Positions 1 through 11,924 of a stretch of 64,000 nucleotides of DNA are shown here, in pieces. Origin of the DNA: Ranitomeya imitator. Its lineage: Eukaryota. The DNA is taken from positions 7,564,001 to 7,628,000 of the forward strand of contig NC_091290.1 of assembly GCF_032444005.1 (NCBI RefSeq). The letters are read 5' to 3'. Numbering within the stretch: the first letter of the stretch is position 1; every line of letters begins with the position of its first letter. A program made the translations under genes and the position numbers. Under the pieces are notes generated by a model. It ran no database searches. It saw nothing but the letters and a program-made list of their open reading frames with translations, and was not told the DNA's origin.

Positions 1-1581
1 AGGAACAAGGTCTCAGGCACTCATGAGTTCTTCAGCCAAAATTTTCAACCTTGCAGAAGAAAATCTACTATCCCTCTCTGCGCTACACATTCAGGGTTCA
101 AACAACGAGAGAGCAGATTACCTGAGTCGATCGCTGTTAAAACAAGGAGAGTGGTCCCTAAACCATTCCATCTACGATCAGATCACAAAAATGTGGGGAG
201 CACCGACAATAGATCTATTCGCCAATTACAAAAACAAAAAGGTGAAAAAATTCTGCTCGTTGAACCCGATAGGGAATCCACAGGCTCTAGATGCCTTTAT
301 GATTCCGTGGACCCAAAAATTAACTTATGCCTTTCCTCCAACTATTCTGATCCCGGCAGTCATTCGGAAAGTCAGAGAGGACAAAACGAAAATGATCCTC
401 ATAGCCCCGTTCTGGCCAAAAAGGACGTGGTTCTCCTGGCTGAGGATGCTTTCGGTCTCGGACCCATGGGTCCTGCCGAATATACCAGACCTTCTACATC
501 AAGGGCCGATCTTCCACCCACAGGAATCGAACTTACATTTGACAGCCTGGTTTTTGAACGGGGACTATTAAAAGAAAGAGGTTTCTCGGATAATTTAATT
601 ACCACGTTGTTAAAAAGTAGAAAACCCATCACTACTAAAATATATGGGAAAACTTGGAAAAAATTTCTGTCCGTCTCCAAAGTAAAAGTCCAAGATGGGC
701 CCTCAATTCCTAAAATACTGGAGTTCCTACAAAAAGGTCTGGAACAGGGGTTGTCGGTTAGTACTCTTAAAGTACAAATAGCAGCTCTAGGAGCACTCTA
801 TAACCATAATATTGCAGCCAACCCATGGATAATTAGATTCGTTAAGGCGGTGACAAGATCAAAGCCATTAGTCGCTCAGAAAGTGCCCTCATGGGACTTA
901 AATTTAGTCCTCTCAGCATTAACGAGTCCTCCATTCGAACCCATAGAGACGATTTCCATTAAAACTCTATCACTTAAAACCATTCTCTTGGTAGCGTTAA
1001 CATCCGCACGCAGAATAAGTGACATTCAAGCCTTATCCTCTAATCCACCCTTCACTAAAATATTAGATGATAGAGTCACTCTTAGACCTGACCCGGCCTA
1101 TTTGTCAAAAGTGGCATCAAAATTCCATAGGTCACAAGAAGTCTCCCTGCCATCCTTTTGTTCAAACCCAAAAAATGAGAAAGAGCAAAACTTCCATAAT
1201 CTAGACGTCAGAAGGTGCCTAATCCAATACTTAGATTCCACCAGAGAGTATAGGAAGGAAGGCTCTCTATTTGTCTGTTTCCAGGGTCCCAGAAAAGTAT
1301 TTCGGGCATCCAAGGGTACTTTGGCGAGGTGGATAAAGGAGGCGATAGTCTTGGCATATTCATCCTCGGGGAATGAGATCCCAGATGGTATAAGAGCGCA
1401 TTCCACAAGAGCAGTAGCTACCTCATGGGCTGAGAGGTCAGAGGTATCGATAGAGCAAATCTGTAAAGCGGCCACCTGGTCATCACCATCGACCTTTTTT
1501 AGACACTATAGATTAAATCTAGCCTCTGTGTCTGACTTAACCTTCGGACGAAGGGTTCTCGAGGCGGTGGTCCCTCCCTAA
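1..1581 (+). CDS. DIRS tyrosine recombinase ORF (frame open from window start; track start 151)
   Basis: YR catalytic motifs TSARRISDI (R), AHSTRA (HxxR), ATWSS and RHY (Y); ends VVPP* exactly as the second element does. Confidence 0.92.
   Translation, partial: RNKVSGTHEFFSQNFQPCRRKSTIPLCATHSGFKQRESRLPESIAVKTRRVVPKPFHLRSDHKNVGSTDNRSIRQLQKQKGEKILLVEPDRESTGSRCLYDSVDPKINLCLSSNYSDPGSHSESQRGQNENDPHSPVLAKKDVVLLAEDAFGLGPMGPAEYTRPSTSRADLPPTGIELTFDSLVFERGLLKERGFSDNLITTLLKSRKPITTKIYGKTWKKFLSVSKVKVQDGPSIPKILEFLQKGLEQGLSVSTLKVQIAALGALYNHNIAANPWIIRFVKAVTRSKPLVAQKVPSWDLNLVLSALTSPPFEPIETISIKTLSLKTILLVALTSARRISDIQALSSNPPFTKILDDRVTLRPDPAYLSKVASKFHRSQEVSLPSFCSNPKNEKEQNFHNLDVRRCLIQYLDSTREYRKEGSLFVCFQGPRKVFRASKGTLARWIKEAIVLAYSSSGNEIPDGIRAHSTRAVATSWAERSEVSIEQICKAATWSSPSTFFRHYRLNLASVSDLTFGRRVLEAVVPP
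2..571 (+). CDS. DIRS pol C-terminus: end of RNase H plus DAM-like methyltransferase domain (partial)
   Basis: Frame is open from base 2. Motifs ALHIQGSNNERADYLSR, WSLN, TIDLFAN and YAFPP align with the same region of the second DIRS (58125-58952). Confidence 0.85.
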   Translation, partial: GTRSQALMSSSAKIFNLAEENLLSLSALHIQGSNNERADYLSRSLLKQGEWSLNHSIYDQITKMWGAPTIDLFANYKNKKVKKFCSLNPIGNPQALDAFMIPWTQKLTYAFPPTILIPAVIRKVREDKTKMILIAPFWPKRTWFSWLRMLSVSDPWVLPNIPDLLHQGPIFHPQESNLHLTAWFLNGDY

Positions 1582-1596
1582 GCTTAGTCTCTGCAA

Positions 1597-1680
1597 TTCT
1601 CTCCGTAGTGCTGTCATGGGAGACCGAGAAAGTCGTAGTTACTCACCGATAACGGTGTTTCTCGGAGCCCATGACAGCAC
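1597..1680. repeat. DIRS-A internal complementary region (ICR)
   Basis: gaaagtcgtagttactcaccgataacggtgtttctcggagcccatgacagcac is the reverse complement of 1927-1979. Confidence 0.88.
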
Positions 1681-1979
1681 TCGCTTATTCCCTCCCATCA
1701 CGTGTGCGGTGAGCACCTTTAATTACATATAATTTATATACTGTATATAGTTTGAGTATAGGCACGGGGTTCCTCTTTTAAGAAATGTTGTAATATGATT
1801 TTTTCTCTGTTGTAAACTAACCTGGAGGTCCTCCGATGCTCTGTAAACCAACTGATGCGAGGGAGAGGTACCGCCCTTTTATCTGTAGGTTTCCTGTCCC
1901 TGAAGGGCGGATCCCCTCTCTCCGTAGTGCTGTCATGGGCTCCGAGAAACACCGTTATCGGTGAGTAACTACGACTTTC

Positions 1980-2291
1980 GCTATCGCTATCGAGGTACCC
2001 CTTGAGCCGGTTTGTGTTGTGGTAGCATGGAACCATGTATCATACTGGGAGTGTTCGAAGTTAGGAAGTTTGTCAGGTTTGAAGTGCGTTTCTTGAATTA
2101 GTAAAACGTCTGCTTTTTGTTTTTTAAGTTGGTTTAATGTGTGTTGTCTGGTGATCGGTGAATTTAAGCTATTTGCGTTTAGGGAAGCGAAGGTAATTAC
2201 CTTATCCTGAGATGCTGCGCCCATTAGATTCGGGGGAGTCGGGTGTCAGTAGGATAGTCATCATCCGATGATGCGGGTGTCCTAGGGAGCT
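1980..2291 (-). pseudogene. L1/Tx1-type LINE fragment: ORF2 N-terminal apurinic endonuclease, cut by the DIRS-A 3' end
   Basis: ORF 2224->1980 reads FASLNANSLNSP..R...LNQLKKQKADVLLIQETH...SRGTSIAI, the typical L1 APE start (xLNxNGLNSP, LQETH, RGVAI). Confidence 0.8.
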
Positions 2292-3073
2292 AAGATTCTC
2301 TGGTCTGATGAGATGAAGATAGACCTCTTTGGTGATAATTCTAAGCGGTATGTGTGGAGAAAACCAGGCTCTGCTCATCACCTGCCCAATACAATCCCAA
2401 CAGTGAAGCATGGTGGAGGCAGCATCATGCTATGGGGGTGTTTTCAGCTGCAGGAACAGGACGACTGGCTGCCATTGAAGGAAACATGAATGCGGCCAAG
2501 TACAGAGACATCCTGGATGGAAACCTCTTCTCTGCTCTGGACCTCAGACTTGGCTGAAGGTTCACCTTCCAACAAGACAATGACCCTGAGCACACAGCTA
2601 AAATAACAAAGGAGCGGCTTCAGAGCAACTCTGTGACCATTCCTGACCGGCCCAGCCAGAGCCCTGACCTAAACCCAATGGAGCATCTCTGGAGACCTGA
2701 AAATGGCGTCCACCAACGTTCACCATCCAACCTGACGGAACTGGAGAGGATCTGCAAGGAAGAATGGCCTAGGATCCCCAAATCCAGGGGGGAAAAACTT
2801 GTGGCATCATTCCCAAGAAGAATCATGGCTGTACGAGCTCAAAAGGGGCTTCTACTCAATACTGAGCAAAGGGGCTGAAGACTTATGAGCATGGAATATT
2901 TGTTTTTATTTTTTAATAAATTTGCAAATATTTCTACATTATTTTTTTTATCAGCCAAGATGGGGTGCAGAGTGAACATTAATGAGGAAAAATGAACTTT
3001 ATAGAATTTACCAAATGTCTGCAATGAAACAGTGACAAATGTAATGAGGTCTGAATACTTTTAGTTCCCCCTG
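2292..3073 (+). mobile_element. Tc1-family DNA transposon, 3' half, frameshifted
   Basis: Across frames: [50 protein letters not shown]. Ends ...gaatactt...ctg followed by TA. Confidence 0.88.
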
Positions 3074-3492
3074 TATATCCTCAGCTTCTACATCGCTGAG
3101 GTCGGTAATATCCTGATTCATTGTGAGTTCTGCGTTTTGCTGTAATGTCCATACGAGTGAATAAATCTTCAGGCCCCTGGGCCGGCGGCCATGTCAGTAG
3201 TCTGCGGCTGCTCGATGGAGCCCTTTGAACTCCCTCCTCCGGGAATCTATGGCTCCTTCCCATTAGCCGGCTTGTTGTGATGACTCCACACCGGTGTCAC
3301 GTCAGGGCGGTAAATTGGAAGTGGAGCTGTGGATTCCGGCAGATGGGAGCAGGAACTTTGTACGGTTCCATCCTGCAGCCACGGACAAGTGACATGATCC
3401 ATTGACCAGGGTCCTGCGAGTCAACACGCTCATCTGTAATGTCCGGCAGTTACAAGGGCGACTCGCTCTTCTCCATGGTCTTGTCTCCGCAG

Positions 3493-3560
3493 TTCTTGGC
3501 CAGCATGCTGACATATCCATTTGTCCTAGTGTCAAACCTGATGGCTGTGAACAACTGCGG
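3493..3560 (+). CDS. MTCH2: MTCH2 coding exon (human exon 11 equivalent), FLASMLTYPFVLVSNLMAVNNCG
   Basis: tctccgcag| acceptor and |gtgagt donor; 68 nt; peptide nearly identical to vertebrate MTCH2. Confidence 0.95.
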
Positions 3561-3566
3561 GTGAGT

Positions 3567-4690
3567 ATGCTCTGCGGGGGGGGGGGGGGGGGGGGGGGGA
3601 GCATGGTCTGTGGGGTTTATCCCTCTGCGGGGGGAGCATGGTCTGCGGGGGGGGGAGCATGGTCTGTGGGGTTTATCCCTCTGCGGGGGGAGCATGGTCT
3701 GCGGGGGGGGGAGCATGGTCTGTGGGGTTTATCCCTCTGCGAGGGGAGCATGGTCTGCGGGGTTTATCCCTCTGTTGGGGGAGCATGGTCTGCGGGGTTT
3801 ATCCCTCTGCGGGGGGAGCATAGTCTGCGGGGTTTATCCCTCTGCGGGGGGAGCATGGTCTGCGGGGTTTATCCCTCTGTTGGGGGAGCATGGTCTGCGG
3901 GGTTTATCTCTCTGCGGGGGGAGCATGGTCTGCGGGGTTTATCCCTCTGTTGGGGGAGCATGGTCTGCGGGGTTTATCCCTCTGTTGGGGGAGCATGGTC
4001 TGCGGGGTTTATCCCTCTGTTGGGGGAGCATGGTCTGCGGGGTTTATCCCTCTGTTGGGGGAGCATGGTCTGCGGGGTTTATCCCTCTGCGGGGGGAGCA
4101 TGGTCTGCGGGGTTTATCCCTCTGCGGGGGGAGCATGGTCTGCGGGGTTTATCCCTCTGTTGGGGGAGCATGGTCTGCGGGGTTTATCCCTCTGCGGGGG
4201 GAGCATGGTCTGCGGGGTTTATCCCTCTGTTGGGGGAGCATGGTCTGCGGGGTTTATCTCTCTGCGGGGGGAGCATGGTCTGCGGGGTTTATCCCTCTGT
4301 TGGGGGAGCATGGTCTGCGGGGTTTATCTCTCTGCAGGGGGAGCATGGTCTGCGGGGTTTATCCCTCTGTTGGGGGAGCATGGTCTGTGGGGTTTATCCC
4401 TCTGCGGGGGGAGCATGGTCTGTGGGGTTTATCCCTCTGTTGGGGGAGCATGGTCTGTGGGGTTTATCCCTCTGCGGGGGGAACATGGTCTGTGGGGTTT
4501 ATCCCTCTGTTGGGGGAGCATGGTCTGTGGGGTTTATCCCTCTGCGGGGGGAGCATGGTCTGCGGGGTTTATCCCTCTGCGGGCGGTGCATGGTCTGCGG
4601 GGTTTATCCCTCTGCGGGCGGTGCATGGTCTGCGGGGTTTATCCCTCTGCGGGCGGTGCATGGTCTGCGGGGTTTATCCCTCTGCGGGGA
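3567..4690. repeat. G-rich 35-bp minisatellite (gagcatggtctgcggggtttatccctctgcggggg), MTCH2 intron
   Basis: Visible tandem units; 35-aa periodicity in the spurious ORFs. Confidence 0.95.
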
Positions 4691-4854
4691 CAGAGCATGC
4701 CCTGTAAGGTTATCCTCTGCAGGGTTTATCCATCTCTGTGGAGAGTGTGCCCTGCGGAGGGATCAGGATCCTGTGGGGGGTTATTCTCTGTGAGGGGAGC
4801 ATGCCCTGCTGGGTTATCCTCGGAGAGCGAGCACGGGGAATATGCTCTGCAGGG

Positions 4855-6225
4855 TTTATGTATGGGGGGGCGCATGCTCTGTATGAGGGGGTGCATGCTC
4901 TGCTGGGAGGTGCATGCTCTGTATGGGGGTGTGCATGCTCTGTATGGGGGGCGCATGCTCTGCATGGGGGGGCGCATGCTCTGTATGGGGGGGGCGAATG
5001 CTCTGTATGGGGGGGTGAATGCTCTGTATGGGGGGGTGAATGCTCTGTATGGGGGGGTGCATGTCCTGTATGGGGGGGGTGAATGCTCTGTATGGGGGGG
5101 TGCATGCTCTGTATGGGGGGGTGCATGCTCTGTATGGGAGGGGTGAATGCTCTGTATGGGGGGGGTGCATGTCCTGTATGGGGGGGTGCATGCTCTGTAT
5201 GGGGGGGGTGCATGCTCTGTATGGGGGGGTGAATGCTCTGTATGGGGGGGTGCATGCTCTGTATGGGGGGGGGTGAATGCTCTGTATGGGGGGGGGCATG
5301 CTCTGTATGGGGGGGTGAATGCTCTGGATGGGGGGGTGCATGCTCTGTATGGGGGGGGGTGAATGCTCTGTATGGGGGGGTGCATGCTCTGTATGGGGGG
5401 GTGAATGCTCTGGATGGGGGGGTGCATTCTCTGTATGGGGGGTGCATTCTCTGGATGGGGGGGTGCATTCTCTGGATGGGGGGGTGCATTCTCTGGATGG
5501 GGGGGTGCGTGCTCTGGATGGGGGGGTGCATGCTCTGCTGGGAGATGCCTGCTCTGGATGGGGGGGTGCATGCTCTGTATGGGGGGGGTGCATGCTCTGT
5601 ATGGGGGGGGTGCATGCTCTGTATGGGGGGGGGTGCATGCTCTGCTGGGAGATGCATGCTTTGTATGGGGGGGGTGCATGTTTTGTATGGGGGGGTTTCA
5701 TGCTTTGTATGGGGGGGTTTCATGCTTTGTATGGGGGGGTTTCATGCTTTGTATGGGGGGGGTGCATGCTCTGTATGGGGGGGGTGCATGCTCTGTATGG
5801 GGGGGGGTGCATGCTCTGTATGGGGGGGGTGCATGCTCTGTATGGGGGGGTGCATGCTCTGTATGGGGGGGGTGCATGCTCTGTATGGGGGGGGTGCATG
5901 CTCTGTATGGGGGGGGTGCATGCTCTGGATGGGGGGGTGCATGCTCTGTATGGGGGGGTGCATGCTCTGCTGGGAGATGCCTGCTCTGTATGGGGGGGTG
6001 CCTGCTCTGTATGGGGGGGTGCCTGCTCTGTATGGGGGGGTGCATGCTCTGGATGGGGGGGTGCATGCTCTGGATGGGGGGGTGCATGCTCTGTATGGGG
6101 GGGTGCATGCTCTGTATGGGGGATGCCTGCTCTCTATGGGGGGGTGCATGCTCTGTATGGGGGGGGGGGTGCATGCTTTGTATGGGGGGGTGCATGCTCT
6201 GTATGGGGGGGTGCATGCTCTGCAG
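4855..6225. repeat. G-rich ~19-21-bp minisatellite (tgcatgctctgtatggggggg), MTCH2 intron
   Basis: Visible tandem units with variable G-run length. Confidence 0.95.
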
Positions 6226-6287
6226 GGTTACCCTCCGGCGGTTCGGCTGCGTGCACCTTGTAATGGACTGATGCTTGCGGTTGACAG

Positions 6288-6363
6288 GCTCGCTGGCGGC
6301 TGCCTCCCCTACGCCCCCGTGTACTCTTCCTGGATGGATTGCTGGAGTCAGCTCAGCAAAGAG
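6288..6363 (+). CDS. MTCH2: MTCH2 coding exon (exon 12 equivalent), (G)LAGGCLPYAPVYSSWMDCWSQLSKE
   Basis: ttgacag| acceptor and |gtaatc donor; 76 nt; phase-compatible with the previous exon. Confidence 0.95.
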
Positions 6364-7208
6364 GTAATCACATATTTTGGGTTTTATTTTCTTGGCTTTT
6401 GCCTTCAGGCCCCAGAAACATTTATCATGTATTCTGCTCCTAGAGTAATGTCAGGGGAGATGAGGATTGGGCAGTTGGATTTCAGCATGCCCAATCTTTT
6501 TGTTCCTTGGACGGCTCCTGTGGTCTGCGCCGGGACCAGAAGTGATGAGATCTCATTCTTCGGTCACGGGACTGCTGTAGCCTGTGATTGGCTGCAATGG
6601 GCAAAATAACTGGGCAGCAAATCAGCACTGCAGCCAATCACAGGAAGCAGCGGTCAGTTAATTCAGGGATGGGACCCTTTCTATTCCAGTTTAATACCAG
6701 ATTAGTATCAAATTTTATTATTTTTACGCCGCCTTTGCTGATGAGTTTTGTTTTAGAGCCTGAAGAACTTCCTTATGTGATTCTGGCTAAAAAAAAAAAT
6801 CTGTGTTCCAAATCATGACAGATTTGATAGCATTTCTCTTCTGCATCCTCTATGTATCACTGTACATAGACTGAAGAATGAGCTACCAGTGATCGGTCAG
6901 CGAGCTCGTTCTGTAACACTTCTGCCTTCTGAAAATCAGCTACAAGATGGTTCAGGTTAAGATGGAGAAAGGTCTGATGGACGACTGCAGTGTGATACTA
7001 AGAGGATGTAGAAGAAGAACCACGACAACTGTAAGGAAACATTATCAGAAAAAATATTTGTAGCTAAAATATTAAAGTCATCAGAGGTGTCGGTCTCCTC
7101 ACCCAAAATGTGGGGGGCGTATCTGTGTACTCATGGGAAGTGTCTGTGTACCTCGCATGTACTACGGGATGTGTATTCGTGCTGATGACCTTCTTGTTTG
7201 TTTTCTAG

Positions 7209-7295
7209 GGGAATGCAAATCGGGGAAACAGCCTGTTTTTCCGCAAGGTTCCTGCTGGAAAGAGCTACGTCTACGAACAGAAGAGATTTTATTAG
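7209..7295 (+). CDS. MTCH2: MTCH2 last coding exon, GNANRGNSLFFRKVPAGKSYVYEQKRFY*
   Basis: ttttctag| acceptor; matches the MTCH2 C-terminal GNMSRGNSLFFRKVP motif; TAG at 7293-7295. Confidence 0.93.
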   Translation, partial: GNANRGNSLFFRKVPAGKSYVYEQKRFY

Positions 7296-7393
7296 TGACC
7301 CCTGCCTGCACCGCCGCGTTTCGCATCTCAGGGGATCGGGGAGAGTTTAATTTGTACACATTTTGTTTACGATTCAATATAATTTTCCTTTTT

Positions 7394-7399
7394 AATAAA
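7394..7399 (+). terminator. Probable MTCH2 polyadenylation signal AATAAA
   Basis: Canonical hexamer about 100 nt after the stop codon. Confidence 0.6.
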
Positions 7400-7439
7400 C
7401 ATTCATTATGTACAGATCAAAACCATGATAGAGCAGAAA

Positions 7440-8655
7440 TCATTGCTCCGTGACCCACGGGACCGTGACAGGGCGGCCATCATTGCTCCGTGACCCACGG
7501 GACTGTGACAGGGCGGCCATCATTGCTCTCGTGACCCACGGGACCGTGACAGGGCGGCCATCATTGCTCTCGTGACCCACGGGACCGTGACAGGGCGGCC
7601 ATCATTGCTCCGTGACCCACGGGACCGTGACAGGGCGGCCATCATTGCTCCGTGACCCACGGGACTGTGACAGGGCGGCCATCATTGCTCCGTGACCCAC
7701 GGGACTGTGACAGGGCGGCCATCATTGCTCCGTGACCCACGGGACCGTGACAGGGCGGCCATCATTACTCTCGTGACCCACGGGACTGTGACAGGGCGGC
7801 CATCATTACTCTCGTGACCCACGGGATCGTGACAGGGCGGCCATCATTGCTCCGTGACCCACGGGACCGTGACAGGGCGGCCATCATTGCTCCGTGACCC
7901 ACGGGACCGTGACAGGGCGGCCATCATTGCTCCGTGACCCACGGGACTGTGACAGGGCGGCCATCATTGCTCTCGTGACCCACGGGACCGTGACAGGGCG
8001 GCCATCATTACTCTCGTGACCCACGGGACTGTGACAGGGCGGCCATCATTACTCTCGTGACCCACGGGACCGTGACAGGGCGGCCATCATTGCTCCGTGA
8101 CCCACGGGACTGTGACAGGGCGGCCATCATTGCTCCGTGACCCACGGGACCGTGACAGGGCGGCCATCATTGCTCTCGTGACCCACGGGATCGTGACAGG
8201 GTGGCCATCATTGCTCTGGTGACCTCGGGACCGTGACAGGGCGGCCATCATTACTCTCGTGACCCACGAGACTGTGACAGGGCGGCCATCATTGCTCCAT
8301 GACACACAGGACGGGGCGGCCATCATTACTCTCGTGACCCACGGGACTGTGACAGGGCGGCCATCATTGCTCCGTGACCCACGGGACTGTGACAGGGCGG
8401 CCATCATTGCTCTCGTGACCCACGGGACCGTGACAGGGCGGCCATCATTGCTCTCGTGACCCACGAGACTGTGACAGGGCGGCCATCATTGCTCCATGAC
8501 ACACAGGACGGGGCGGCCATCATTGCTCCATGACACACAGGACGGGGCGGCCATCATTGCTCCATGACACACAGGACGGGGCGGCCGTCATTGCTCCATG
8601 ACACACAGGACGGGGCGGCCGTCATTGCTCCATGACACACAGGACGGGGCGGCTG
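7440..8655. repeat. 40/41-bp GC-rich minisatellite (gtgacccacgggaccgtgacagggcggccatcattgctcc), ending in a shorter variant unit
   Basis: Visible tandem units. Confidence 0.95.
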
Positions 8656-10026
8656 TAAGATAATTTGACCCGCGGAGCAGATTTCACATGTGACCCCCGG
8701 TAATTTCTGCTGCAGATTTCCCACTTTGCTGATGCTGATTTTGATGCAGATTTGCTGCGGTTTTATCTTGTGCTTTACAGATTTACTGCAGATCTCTGAC
8801 CAAATCCACAGCAGAGATTTTTGCTTGTGTCCTGATGTGTTTTGATACTGGCATCGTCCAGTATTAGAAAAATGGTCTACTCTTTCCTTTATAAATGCCC
8901 GACCCCCTGACGACTCTCAGTAAAGGGAACCTGCCATCTTAAATATCTGCCAGAAGGAGGAGCTGATTGGTCCAAAGGCTTCTGGGAAGAGATTTGGGAT
9001 ATCGCATTCAATCCTCTGCTAGTTCTGGTCTCAGGAGTCCAGTGGGCGGTCCCAATATCTGCATACACTCGTACATGTATATGTTGGACCGCCCACTGGA
9101 CTCCAAAGCCGTGGAAAGTCAGGGATGTGAATTGATAGAAGGCAATGCTTGTGAATGTTATTGCACAAAATTCTCAGGCTGCAGCTTGGACAGAATTTAC
9201 GTGAAAAGCAAAAATAAAAAAAAAATATTCCTGATCCTCTGCCTCTAAACACAGTGACTGCTCAGCCAATCACTGGCCTCACTGGTGCCCCGCCTCAGCT
9301 GGCGATTGGCTGAGAAGTCATTCCCAGTTTGTTCAGGGGAGGAGCAGAGACCGGCAAGAACCTCGGGGGACGTAACGAGGGCGGCGGGGATCAGTGACGG
9401 ATGATTTCATCTTTTATGTCTAACATTTCATATAGAATACGTGATCTATATCTGCAGAACGGATGAATGGGCGAGATTGGAAAAAGATGGGAACAGTTCT
9501 ATAAGGATAAAATACCATTTCTTGTCTCAATAAAGTTAACACCACAACAAAAGGGGGCGCAACTGATCAAAAGAAAAGAATTACACACAGTAATAAGAGT
9601 AAGAAACAAGAAAACGCCAGGAAGGGAAATGAAAGGGCAGATGTTCGGCTGCTTCCTTTTGGTTTTCGCCCAGGGATGAAGAGTTGGCGGCAGGTAGAAG
9701 ATCGGCCAGCGCTGCGGTATGGGATGGAAGGCGCAGTAGTAATAGGATTAACCCCCGGTTGATTTTCGGGTCTGGCTCTGCCGGCTGTGGCCCGGCCACC
9801 ACCTCAGCCACCTCTGGGACAGGAAGTAGCGATCTGGTCAGTGGCCGCCGTACTAGGTCACATGGTGAGAAAACCTGTCTCTTCCCGCACATCGAGGAGG
9901 GAGGACGTAGCTGACTTCTCTCGCGAAGGTTTTATTATTAATGCGAATATTTGGCCTTCTGTCTGCCACGTTACAAATGGCTGAGGGGAATGAGATCGTT
10001 TATGTAATTCTCCAATAAGAGTGAAT

Positions 10027-11165
10027 GTGCTCCCTCCATGCTGACTGTCTCCCGTCGGGTGGATTCTTCGTGCTCCCTCCATGCTGACTGTCTCCCGTCG
10101 GGTGGATTCTTCGTGCTCCCTCCATGCTGACTGTCTCCCGTCGGGTGGATTCTTCGTGCTCCCTCCATGCTGACTGTCTCCCGTCGGGTGGATTCTTCGT
10201 GCTCCCTCCATGCTGATTCTCTCGTCGGGTGGATTCTTCGTGCTCCCTCCATGCTGACTGTCTCCCGTCGGGTGGATTCTTCGTGCTCCCTCCATGCGGA
10301 TTCTCTCGTCGGGTGGATTCTTCGTGCTCCCTCCATGCTGACTGTCTCTCGTCAGGTGGATTCTTCGTGCTCCCTCCGTGCTGACTGTCTCCCGTCGGGT
10401 GGATTCTTAGTGCTCCCTCCATGCTGTCTCCCGTCGGGTGGATTCTTCGTGCTCCCTCCATGCTGATTCTCTCGTCGGGTGGATTCTTCGTGCTCCCTCC
10501 ATGCTGACTGTCTCTCGTCGGGTGGATTCTTCGTGCTCCCTCCATGCTGACTGTCTCCCGTTGGGTGGATTCTTCGTGCTCCCTCCATGCTGTCTCCCGT
10601 CGGGTGGATTCTTCGTGCTCCCTCCATGCTGACTGTCTCCCGTCGGGTGGATTCTTCGTGCTCCCTCCATGCTGATTCTCTCGTCGGGTGGATTCTTCGT
10701 GCTCCCTCCATGCTGACTGTCTCTCGTCGGGTGGATTCTTCGTGCTCCCTCCATGCTGACTGTCTCCCGTTGGGTGGATTCTTCGTGCTCCCTCCATGCT
10801 GTCTCCCGTCGGGTGGATTCTTCGTGCTCCCTCCATGCTGACTTTCTCCCGTCGGGTGGATTCTTCGTGCTCCCTCCATGCTGACGTGCTCTCTCCATGC
10901 TGGCTGTCTCCCGTCGGGTGGATTCTTCGTGCTCCCTCCATGCTGACTGTCTCCCGTCGGGTGGATTCTTGGTGCTCCCTCCATGCTGACTGTCTCCCGT
11001 CGGGTGGATTCTTAGTGCTCCCTCCATGCTGACGTGCTCCCTCCATGCTGACTGTCTCCCGTCGGGTGGATTCTTCGTGCTCCCTCCATGCTGACTGTCT
11101 CCCGTCCGGTGAATTCTTTGTGCTCCCTCCATGCTGACTGTCTTCCATCAGGTGGATTCTTCGCT
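10027..11165. repeat. 43-bp minisatellite (ctccctccatgctgactgtctcccgtcgggtggattcttcgtg) with shorter variants
   Basis: Visible tandem units; source of many spurious ORFs. Confidence 0.95.
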
Positions 11166-11474
11166 CCCTGTTCTCTGTCGTTTTCTTTTTAGATCTGTGT
11201 GTCAAAAAAAAGTCTTTTCTACAGTAATGGGATGGAGCTGTCAGTTGCCATGGTTACTGGCCATTGTGATGGAGTTGTCTCCTGGCGCCTCCGCTCTGGG
11301 ATTGGAGACGTCTGCGGCTTCTTGTGTTTATTGTGTAAATCGTCACCGGCTGCGTCTCTCGCTCTTCCCGGGGGACGCCGCATGTACAGAGGGTGACTGG
11401 GGGGCAAAGAGACGGCGAGAAGGAGGCGCCAGCATCAACATGGAGGGGGTCATGTGACTGCTGCAGCCAGACGT

Positions 11475-11910
11475 GCCCATCCCTCCACAAGGGTCTGATG
11501 CCAAGCATGCCTACCCCTCCACCAGGGTCAGATGCCCACCCCTCCACCAGGGTCAGATGCCCACCCCTCCACCAGGGTCAGATGCCCACCCCTCCACCAG
11601 GACCTGATGCCAGGCATGCCCATCCCTCCACCAGGCTCTGATGCCAGGCATGCCCATCCCTCCACCAGGCTCTGATGCCAGGCATGCTCACTGTTACACA
11701 AGGCCCCGATGCCAAGCATACCCATCCCTCCACCAGGGTCTGATGCCAGGTATACCCATCCTTAAACCAAGATCTGATGCCAGGCGTGCCCACCTCTACA
11801 GGCTATGATGTCAGGCATGCCCACCCTTACTCCAGGGTCTGATGTCAGGCATGCCCAGTTACAAGTCTCTGATGCCAGGGGTGCCTACCCCTACACCAGG
11901 GTCTGATGTA
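11475..11910. repeat. Degenerate ~34-bp minisatellite (gcccatccctccaccagggtctgatgccaggcat)
   Basis: Visible diverged tandem units. Confidence 0.8.
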
Positions 11911-11924
11911 TAGATACAGATTTA

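Larger units (their letters stand above)
1..1979 (+). mobile_element. DIRS1-type tyrosine-recombinase retrotransposon, 3' part (family A); 5' part lies outside the window
   Basis: Overlapping RNaseH/methyltransferase-like and YR frames, followed by an internal complementary region (1597-1680) whose right half is the reverse complement of the terminal 1927-1979. Confidence 0.93.

Noticed and set aside
3076-3450. Possible L1 ORF1 remnant on the minus strand
   Set aside because: Only vague coiled-coil-like similarity across shifting frames; not supportable by eye.
3402-6609. Many 280-460-aa ORFs on both strands
   Set aside because: Translations of G-rich minisatellites; only the 76-nt MTCH2 exon inside 5233-6609 is real.
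9581-9914. GC-rich, exon-like stretch with ORFs on both strands
   Set aside because: No frame gave a peptide I recognise and splice boundaries are unconvincing.
9858-11205. 120-400-aa ORFs (MEGARRIHPTGDSQ repeats)
   Set aside because: Frames of the 43-bp minisatellite.
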